Shown here piece after piece: positions 8,802 to 15,079 of a stretch of DNA of 15,620 bases (the stretch's first letter is position 1; each line of letters begins with the position of its first letter). The stretch is from Armatimonadota bacterium (GTDB lineage: Bacteria; Armatimonadota; Armatimonadia; Armatimonadales; Armatimonadaceae). The notes beneath the pieces were generated by a model that had not been told where the DNA came from, did no database searches, and was given only the letters and a program-made list of their open reading frames with translations. Made by a program: the position numbers and the translations under genes. The DNA is taken from assembly GCA_043754515.1 (NCBI GenBank), contig JAYUUO010000074.1:1-15620 (forward strand), read 5' to 3'.

Positions 8802-9013
8802 ACTATATGCTTTCTAAACCGAAATAAATGCCGCTAGACCGTCGCGAGCCTCCCGAAATATAGTCCCCCGCCGCCCGTGCCGCTGTATCGGGGATGGGGT
8901 GAGGAGAGTAATACCGCCCGCGCGGGGGATCGGGTACGATCCTTTAACGTGCCGCCTTGATAGTAGCGGTTGTATAGATCCGCCGTTCTTTATAATATCA
9001 CCCGAGGCGCGTG

Positions 9014-9062
9014 CGGCGCGGGGGGCGGAACCCGCGTGACCACGGCGCGGGGCGGAACCGCG
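9014..9062 (+). repeat. Imperfect GC-rich direct repeat, 2 copies
   Basis: CGGCGCGGGGGGCGGAACCCGCG (9014-9036) and CGGCGCGGGGCGGAACCGCG (9043-9062). Confidence 0.6.
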
Positions 9063-9133
9063 AATATGTTTGCGCCGTCATGGTCGCATTATTCGCGCCT
9101 CTTTACCGTGAAGCACGGCACGGCGGGGCGGTT

Positions 9134-9364
9134 CTACGCAGCCGAATCGTTATAGGGCAACAGTTTGTCGGCGTAAAAGCCGCGTGATTCTATCGCGCAA
9201 CCGAAGGAGTCCACGAACGCGACCTCGAACGCACCGTCCGCGAGCCGGTCAACAATGGTTCCGGTTTGACCGACGCGGAGCGGCGTCCCTGGCACGTCCC
9301 TCGCGAGACGTACCACGTCGTAGAGTTTGAAAGCGGTTTGTGTGTCGGTTCGTTCGGCTACCAT
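9134..9364 (-). CDS. DUF4926-like small protein (candidate immunity/antitoxin)
   Basis: FKLYDVVRLARDVP...L..GQTGTIVD...GAFEVAF.D..G matches the DUF4926 pattern as recalled; overlaps the upstream gene by 7 nt. Confidence 0.75.
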   Translation of the reverse strand: MVAERTDTQTAFKLYDVVRLARDVPGTPLRVGQTGTIVDRLADGAFEVAFVDSFGCAIESRGFYADKLLPYNDSAA

Positions 9365-9702
9365 AGCTTGATGTACGCGCTCGTCAGACGCGGCGTTTCC
9401 TCTCCCGTATCAATGATCCACGCCGACGTAACCTCCGTGGTGTTGCCGTTGACCCCCGTCATCAAAAACCGGATCTCGTAGCGTTTGCCGTGCGCATCCT
9501 CAGTGCGGGGTTCTGCCTCGCCGGTTCGGGCGGCTGTCAACAAGGCGTCGCGTAATAGGTCAGCGTGTTCGACAGTGATTCCTAAAAACGAGCGGAAAAC
9601 ACGCGATTTAGGCCCTCCGTGTGAATGGTCGGGGTTTAAGCGGTAGGCGGTTAGTTTCGACGGGTCAACCGTTGCCCGATCGCCGTTCGGTAACTGCGCC
9701 AT
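9358..9702 (-). CDS. DUF6883-like protein (candidate toxin/nuclease domain)
   Basis: LPN..RA.VD..KL..Y.LNPDH..G..K.RVF...LG.T...A..L..AL ... G.RY ... SAWI.......PRLTSAY matches the DUF6883 pattern as recalled. Confidence 0.75.
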   Translation of the reverse strand: MAQLPNGDRATVDPSKLTAYRLNPDHSHGGPKSRVFRSFLGITVEHADLLRDALLTAARTGEAEPRTEDAHGKRYEIRFLMTGVNGNTTEVTSAWIIDTGEETPRLTSAYIKLW

Positions 9703-9729
9703 AAGCGTACGCGCGTTGCACCATCACGG

Positions 9730-9735
9730 TACAAT
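9730..9735 (+). promoter_or_regulatory. -10 box (TACAAT) 7 nt upstream of ATG 9743; probable leaderless promoter
   Basis: cggTACAATacggggcATG. Confidence 0.55.
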
Positions 9736-9742
9736 ACGGGGC

Positions 9743-10408
9743 ATGGAACCGCCCCCCGACGAGCAAGCCGAACGCGACCCGCCCGCGATGAAACCAGGCG
9801 CGGCCCGCGCGAAGCGCAGCTTCTCCGGCCTGTCGCTCAAAGAGGCTTTACGGTGCGTGGGGCTGTCCGACGTCACCGCGTGGCGAATCGCCGCCGACCC
9901 GCGCCCACCCAGCGCGTTTTTGAGCGAGGCACTAACCCGGTTCGACGCCTTCAGCCTGACGAACTCCGAGGCGGCGAAGCTACTTTTAATTGACATCCTG
10001 TTCACCGAAACCCTGCCACAGTTCCCAGGCTTGCGGGCGTGGAAGGGCGAACCCCTCGACAGCGACGCGCTAACCGGCGTCGCGGACCTGCTGATCGCGC
10101 CGAAACGCGCCTTCATGGAAACGCCGCTTTTATGTGCCGTGGAGGCAAAGAAGGATGATTTTGATCAAGGCCGGGCGCAGTGCATAGGCGAGATGGCAGC
10201 GTGCCGGGCGGTCAACGAGCGCGACGGTCACCGACTTGATGTGTACGGCGCGGTGAGCAACGGGCAGACGTGGCAGTTTTACCGGCTCGAATACGCCGGG
10301 GCGATCCATGAAACCGGCGCGTACACCCTGCAATTCCTGCCCGAACTGCTCGCCGCCCTGTTCCACGTCTGCGCCGCGTGTGAACATAACCTGCCGCATA
10401 CCCCTTAG
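9743..10408 (+). CDS. Hypothetical protein, restriction-endonuclease-like PD-(D/E)XK fold (HsdR N-terminal-like)
   Basis: GVADLLIA...LLCAVEAKKDDFDQGRAQCIGEMAA...VYGAVSNGQTWQFYRL. Start re-called from TTG 9716 to in-frame ATG 9743. The TAG stop coincides with the IS630 end. Confidence 0.7.
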   Translation: MEPPPDEQAERDPPAMKPGAARAKRSFSGLSLKEALRCVGLSDVTAWRIAADPRPPSAFLSEALTRFDAFSLTNSEAAKLLLIDILFTETLPQFPGLRAWKGEPLDSDALTGVADLLIAPKRAFMETPLLCAVEAKKDDFDQGRAQCIGEMAACRAVNERDGHRLDVYGAVSNGQTWQFYRLEYAGAIHETGAYTLQFLPELLAALFHVCAACEHNLPHTP

Positions 10409-10608
10409 TGTGCCATCCTGTTGGAAATTAGACATTTGCCGCCCCTTCTTGTTGCAACTCCGGGTACAACCGGTGCAGTTTGACCCGAGCATCACGGGTC
10501 GTGAACTGCCCGTTCACCTTGCCTTGCAGTTTGTTGCGGGCGATCTCCCAGGCACTCACCTCCGCGTCAATATCCGCTTTGCTGATCCGCCGGTTCAAGC
10601 ATTGCCTC

Positions 10609-10631
10609 TGCGTCAAAAGCCGCTTTTGACT
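10609..10631 (+). repeat. Palindromic insert A (23 nt)
   Basis: TGC GTCAAAAGC C GCTTTTGAC T; removal restores SVMARQCL. Confidence 0.85.
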
Positions 10632-10709
10632 GCCATCACCGACACTTCGATCTCGGCGATATTGAGCCACGAGCCGTGCTCCGGCGTATAGTGGAACTCG
10701 AATCGGTTC

Positions 10710-10736
10710 AGTCGAAAACCGCCGCCGTTTGTCGGG
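10710..10736 (-). repeat. Imperfect palindromic insert B (27 nt, in frame)
   Basis: Minus strand CCCGACAAACGGCGGCGGTTTTCGACT; removal restores EACRLMNRFEFHYTP. Confidence 0.7.
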
Positions 10737-10801
10737 ATCAGACGGCACGCTTCCGCGGGATCGAAAGCCATATACAAGGACCACGCCTTGTGTGTGTTCA
10801 T

Positions 10802-10827
10802 AATTTTTTCGCCGCGAAAAGAATCGC
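10802..10827 (-). repeat. Palindromic insert C (26 nt)
   Basis: Minus strand GCGATTCTTTTCGC G GCGAAAAAATT; removal restores VLDNMNTH. Confidence 0.85.
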
Positions 10828-10869
10828 ATTGTCCAGCACGATCACGATCTTGTCCGCGTCGGGACATTC

Positions 10870-10892
10870 AGGCGAAACGCAGTTCCGCCGCA
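10870..10892 (-). repeat. Palindromic insert D (23 nt)
   Basis: Minus strand TGC GGCGGAAC TGC GTTTCGCC T; removal restores RVSNEECPDADKI. Confidence 0.8.
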
Positions 10893-11008
10893 CTCGTTGG
10901 AGACGCGCCTCAGGAAATGGGCGAAGTCGACACGGGTACGCCGCTCCGTCACTTCTACCATGCGGCGGCCGGCGAGCGGTTCCACTCCCAGGAACAGATT
11001 CGCGGCAC

Positions 11009-11037
11009 CAGAGAAATCGCCGGGGCGATTTTCCCGA
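11009..11037 (+). repeat. Palindromic insert E (29 nt; 30-mer family, loop 1 nt shorter)
   Basis: CAGAGAAATCGCC GG GGCGATTTTCCCGA; removal restores DYEYVREGAANLF. Confidence 0.9.
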
Positions 11038-11198
11038 CCTCGCGCACGTACTCGTAATCCTCGCGCTTAGCTTGACCCGCCCCGGCGGGTAACCACTCCC
11101 GCGACGCGCTGCGCAGTTCCTTCTTGCCTTCATCCACGCAGACCGCCGGCCGCTTCGCGTCGTATGGCAGTTCGTACACACCCAGGACGTCCTCCATC

Positions 11199-11228
11199 CA
11201 GAGAAATCGCCACAGGCGATTTTCTTGC
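11199..11228 (+). repeat. Palindromic insert F (30 nt, in frame)
   Basis: CAGAGAAATCGCC ACA GGCGATTTTCTTGC; removal restores YVA(K/R)MEDVL. Confidence 0.9.
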
Positions 11229-11276
11229 TTGGCGACATACTGCGGCGAGGCGGTTCCGATGCAGAACCTCTCTACC

Positions 11277-11306
11277 CAGAGGAATCGCCGGGGGCGATTC
11301 TCTCGA
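11277..11306 (+). repeat. Palindromic insert G (30 nt, in frame)
   Basis: CAGAGGAATCGCC GGG GGCGATTCTCTCGA; removal restores IKPW(K/R)VERFCI. Confidence 0.9.
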
Positions 11307-11324
11307 TTCCAAGGCTTGATCGCG

Positions 11325-11332
11325 TTTTTTTT
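11325..11332 (-). promoter_or_regulatory. Slippery A8 site, probable programmed -1 frameshift joining IS630 orfA and orfB
   Basis: CTA AAA AAA ACG; a -1 shift gives LKKNAIKPW, the usual junction in this IS630 group. Confidence 0.8.
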
Positions 11333-12089
11333 AGCCGGGCGCAGACCGCCGAGTCGCTGATACTGTCCACCAGTTTGAGCTCCACTAATTTGTCGGCGAG
11401 GAGTTGCATCGTCCAGCTCGCCCGGCCTACGGGAGGCGTAGAGCAGGCAAGGAGAGTCAGCTGGGCTTCGACCGCCCCCGTGATCTTCGGTGTTTTCCCC
11501 GGTCGTGGTTTCTCAGACAAAGCCGACTCGATCCTCACTTGAACAAAAGCGCGACAGATGCGGCTGATCGTCGGACGCGAAACCAGAAGCGATTGTGCGA
11601 TTTGTTCTTGTGTCTCAGGTTTGTCTTGACTCTTATCGGCTAAGAGTAGGATGCGGGCGCGATTCGGGACGCGGGCAGAGGCATTGCCTTTGCGCATGAA
11701 ATCGAGCAGGTAGTGACGGGCTTCCGGTGATAAAGTGACGGCAAGATATTGGCTCATGCATTCATTCTCGAATTGATAAGCATATTACTGGATGCTTCAC
11801 TTAGCCTTTCAGTTCATAGCCTTCGGATTGCTTAACAAGGCGGTAATCCGGATAAGCATTGCGGGCAGGCGCATCAAAATTAATATTCGCTTTATTCAAA
11901 CGAGCTCCAAACCAGTTTTGGAAATGGAATTCTTTGTGAATACCACTCGCCGATGATAGTGTCGCGGTGAATGACGAGGACTGCGTCCGCCCCGGTGTCG
12001 CGGCAAAGCCGCTCGTAGTCGCGGACCGCTTTCCTGTTTATCCCGGCCATTTCGGGAGAGGTTGCCACTGTAGCGGGGTTCGCTACCTT

Positions 12090-12894
12090 TCAGCGTGTGT
12101 CCACGGTGGGCGGCAGATATGCGGGACGCGGCGGAGCGATGTGAGTGAGGTGTAATCTCCTTCGCATATCGTCGAAATCAGCGGAGCGAACTATGCTCTG
12201 TTTGTCCGTCAATACTCTAGAGATCCGTTCGGACGCGTCCAGTGCCGCCCGCACTAGCGCCATCTTTTTCTCGTGCATGCTGGTGTGGAAGATCCCGATC
12301 AGCCCGTACATCTTCCCTTCGGCACTGTTGAAGCCGGGAATCATCGGGGTATTTACAAGCGAACTGGAAGTGCTTTCTACCGTTTCATATTGCCGCGTAC
12401 GTATCGCGTGCTTCAACGCGTTTATAGTCCCCGAAGCTAGCGGTCATGTGCTTCCCCTGACGGGACGGGAAGGACTGAGAGAAGTGGTTGCACAGGTAAT
12501 TGATCGCGAGCACCCTGGTGAGGTAAATGTCTTTAGACGCAGTAGTTCCCTCCTTATAGACACGGTAGAACTTGCGAGCCTCCCGCCACCGGCCCCGCTT
12601 CTGTGCTATTTCGCTGAGCAGATAGACGACGCTCATATAGATTCCCAGAAATTTCTCGTCGGCCCGTCTTGCCAGCGGGAGCAATGCTTATAGTGTTCGC
12701 CGCGCGGCTAGCCACTTGCCTTCTCGGGCCATCCGGCGCGACGCGGCGACCTTGTTGAGTATGTTTTTCTCGGACGCGCTCTGAGTCAGTATAGTTTGTG
12801 CTTCAGCGGGTAGTGGCACTGTCAGCGCGACAGCCATCAGGGCGATCATGGCGTAATACATGGAGATAGGTGGCATACTTGGTGCTTCTCTCAC
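12090..12894 (-). pseudogene. Probable pseudogene of a secreted alpha-helical (TPR-like) protein
   Basis: Signal-peptide-like start (YAMIALMAVALTVPLPAEA); ORFs 12688-12894 and 12385-12684 are in the same frame, separated by one TAA; ORF 12090-12416 continues in another frame. Lower GC than the flanking genes. Confidence 0.4.
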
Positions 12895-13114
12895 AGTGGA
12901 ATCGAGGCACCATGAATGCGACCAGCGTGCGCCGCCCGAACCCCGTCCGCCGATATATTACACGATGCGAATGCGGGTTTTGCCCGGTCAGCATACTTTT
13001 TGTTTTTGTCTACGTTGCCGCTGTGTTATCGTGTATCAGCCCCATTTACTTGACCGGCGCGACGACAGCGGCGTGCGCGGCGGAACGGAGGGCGCGAAAG
13101 GCGAGGGATGCGAC

Positions 13115-13264
13115 ATGGCGACGAGACCGGAAGGACTAGAACCAGGAGAGCAGAAGCTATCGAAGCCGCCGAAGCCGAAGGTATTCAAAGGCGTCTGCAT
13201 CCGCCGTGGGTCCAGTTCGATCCAGATGCGCGGCACCTGCTCGCGGATAGGTTGCGAGCGATAG
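13115..13264 (+). CDS. Possible small protein (49 aa), basic with three Cys
   Basis: GAGGGA upstream of ATG; MATRPEGLEPGEQKLSKPPKPKVFKGVCIRRGSSSIQMRGTCSRIGCER. No family recognised. Confidence 0.25.
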   Translation: MATRPEGLEPGEQKLSKPPKPKVFKGVCIRRGSSSIQMRGTCSRIGCER

Positions 13265-13347
13265 GCGCACAGGAACGCAGTCCTTGACCTGGTGGGCTTA
13301 AGGAAAGAAGAATTTCCTAGTTATCGTTGTATGGGTCACGGACATAT

Positions 13348-13376
13348 CCCCTCTCCGGGATGGAGAGGGGGTGAGG
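13348..13376 (-). terminator. GC-rich hairpin downstream of rpsT (terminator or REP-like palindrome)
   Basis: CCCCTCTCC(13348-13356)-N5-GGAGAGGGG(13362-13370) perfect 9-bp stem, about 45 nt past the rpsT stop; no clear U tract. Confidence 0.45.
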
Positions 13377-13415
13377 TTCCGGGGCGGTCAGGCGGATGAG
13401 GTCGCGCGCAAGACC

Positions 13416-13703
13416 CTAGTCCGCGGCGGGCGTCGCGGCGAGCAACACTACGTTGGCACGGCGCATCAGGCGGGACTTGCGGCGTGCGGCGGCGTTCTTA
13501 TGGATAATGCCGCGCTTCGCGGTCTTGTCGAGAACGCTCACGACCTTCGAGAGGGCGGGCGTGATCACCGCAACGTCCGCGCCTGCGATGGCGACATTCG
13601 CCTTTTTGATGTATGTGCGCATCATGGACTTCGCCGCGCGGTTGCGCAGGTTGCGCACACGGGAGCGCAGGACATCTTTTTTAACCGACTTGATATTTGG
13701 CAC
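13416..13703 (-). CDS. rpsT: 30S ribosomal protein S20
   Basis: MPNIKSVKK...RN.RN.A.KS.MRTYIKK...LDKTAKRGIIHKNAAARRKSRL; GTG start with AAGGAAG upstream. Confidence 0.97.
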   Translation of the reverse strand: MPNIKSVKKDVLRSRVRNLRNRAAKSMMRTYIKKANVAIAGADVAVITPALSKVVSVLDKTAKRGIIHKNAAARRKSRLMRRANVVLLAATPAAD

Positions 13704-13751
13704 TGTTCTTATTCTTCCTTGGGATTCCGCCGGTTCCCGGCGAATCGTCTG

Positions 13752-14336
13752 TTACTTCTTGGGGGCGTCGCTCGCCTTGGGACTGTCGCTCGTGCTAGGC
13801 ACCCCACCGCTTCTACCGGGACCGCCGCTCATCAGAGCGGGGATCAGTCCTTGCTCCGGCGGGAGTGTCCCGTTCGGCCCGAGTGGAACCCGTAGCGTAC
13901 CGTCCACCGACACGCCGGGCTTTGTAGCACCGCCCGGCTTGGCATCGAGATTGACCGCGTCTATTTCGGCGGTCGGCATCACCTTTTTGATCGTTTCCAC
14001 CGCAGTGTAGATAGAGGAGGAATTGCCCTGTATCGCCGGCGTCCACTGCCACGCGACCACGATCTTCGGCTTGCCGCCAGGCTTGCCGAACGACTTCATG
14101 CCCCCCCAACTCGCTACCTCGTTCGCGCCGGGCGACGTTTCGCCGCTCTGCGTCGGCGGCGGGTTGTTCTTCGCGTTCGCCGCGTTCTTTTTCGCTTGCT
14201 CGCGTTCCTGCTCTTTGCTGACCTTCTCGCGGATGACGGGGTCGTTGTTCTGCTGCATGATATTCAGCCCCAGCAACGCGCCCGCGGCGCAGACGGCGAC
14301 CACGATCAGCGGCAAATTGTTCGGTTTTTGTGCCAT
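13752..14336 (-). CDS. Hypothetical membrane-anchored/exported protein
   Basis: N-terminal hydrophobic segment (LPLIVVAVCAAGALLGLNI), charged linker, small globular region, Gly/Pro tail; co-oriented with rpsT; GC-rich third positions. Confidence 0.7.
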   Translation of the reverse strand: MAQKPNNLPLIVVAVCAAGALLGLNIMQQNNDPVIREKVSKEQEREQAKKNAANAKNNPPPTQSGETSPGANEVASWGGMKSFGKPGGKPKIVVAWQWTPAIQGNSSSIYTAVETIKKVMPTAEIDAVNLDAKPGGATKPGVSVDGTLRVPLGPNGTLPPEQGLIPALMSGGPGRSGGVPSTSDSPKASDAPKK

Positions 14337-14340
14337 ATTC

Positions 14341-14730
14341 TTACGAATCTCGCTTCTCGGCGGTCAGTAGCCCCAGGGTCTCTGTGTTGCCGTGCGACGC
14401 CGCGAGCACCCGATCGCGGACCGACTCGGGAGACACGCCAGACGCCGCGAACGCGTCGCGCAGGAACAGTTGCCGGTCGGGGGCGAGTAGCAAGTCCAGC
14501 GTTGAGATGCCCAGTGCCTCCGACAGCGCGGCGAGGGCGGGCGCGATGGTGTGTATCTCGCTCTCGGCACGGGCGCGTAGCATCCCCCGCGCGAGTTGCA
14601 ACTCCTTGATAGCCTGCTCGACCGGCGCGACAAGGATGCGATATTCGCTCATCTTGTCGAGCACCACGGTCGCCGCGCCGTCCTGGGGGTCGCCCTCTAT
14701 ATCCATGCCGTTCTGATCCTCTGGTGTCAC
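14341..14730 (-). CDS. Hypothetical helical protein
   Basis: Protein-like composition; ends 4 nt before the next ATG. Start is GTG 14730 or ATG 14706 (AGAGGA upstream). Confidence 0.7.
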   Translation of the reverse strand: MTPEDQNGMDIEGDPQDGAATVVLDKMSEYRILVAPVEQAIKELQLARGMLRARAESEIHTIAPALAALSEALGISTLDLLLAPDRQLFLRDAFAASGVSPESVRDRVLAASHGNTETLGLLTAEKRDS

Positions 14731-14767
14731 ACAAAGCCGACGGCGTCCTGGGGGACGCCATCGGGCA

Positions 14768-14776
14768 GTATAGCAC
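14768..14776 (-). promoter_or_regulatory. Extended -10 promoter (TG-n-TATACT) for the hypothetical-hypothetical-rpsT cluster
   Basis: Minus strand gTGcTATACTgccc, followed by a hairpin CGATGGCGTCC-CCCA-GGACGCCGTCG (about 14738-14763). Confidence 0.5.
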
Positions 14777-15079
14777 GCTCCGTGGGTGTGTGCAAGGGCG
14801 CGGCGTGTCCAGCGGCTGTTACTTCAGGGTGCCCACCGTCGGGCAAGTGATTGTCTCCTGCCCATCGGCTGATTTCCATTGCCGTGACAATTCACTGAGG
14901 CAACGGCTCACGCTCGACGAAATGGGAAACGCCATGTTTCGCGAGATAATACTGTAAGCCTCGTTCCGCGACATCGAACAACACCTCCGCCATCTCCCAC
15001 TCGGTCCACTGCTCGCGCCTGAATGTAGAAACTACCGCGATTGAATTTGCCCTGATCACCTGTGTTCATGACACACGTC

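Larger units (their letters stand above)
10428..11757 (-). pseudogene. IS630 transposase (orfA HTH + orfB DDE) disrupted by seven short insertions
   Basis: orfA: RARILLLAD, PRPG.TPKI, ACSTPP.GRASWT.QLLA. orfB pieces in different frames: MEDVL.VY, VCVDE, DYEY, VLDN.NTH, EFHYTPEHGSWLNIAEIE, RQCL.RRI, QFTT.DARVKLHRLYP. Confidence 0.92.
10406..11803 (-). mobile_element. IS630-family insertion sequence
   Basis: Imperfect terminal inverted repeats AGTGTGCCATCCTGT (10407-10421) and AGTGAAGCATCCAGT (minus strand, 11801-11787), each next to a TA; encloses the transposase. Confidence 0.8.

Noticed and set aside
10609..11037. Translational bypassing (T4 gene 60 or byps-like) over the out-of-frame inserts
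   Set aside because: I found no consistent matched take-off and landing codons that restore the frame, and A and D occur in opposite orientations, which fits DNA-level insertion better. Not excluded experimentally.
11009..11306. CRISPR array interpretation of the three 30-nt palindromic repeats
   Set aside because: Gaps are 161 and 48 nt, the intervening DNA is contiguous transposase coding sequence, and no cas genes are present.
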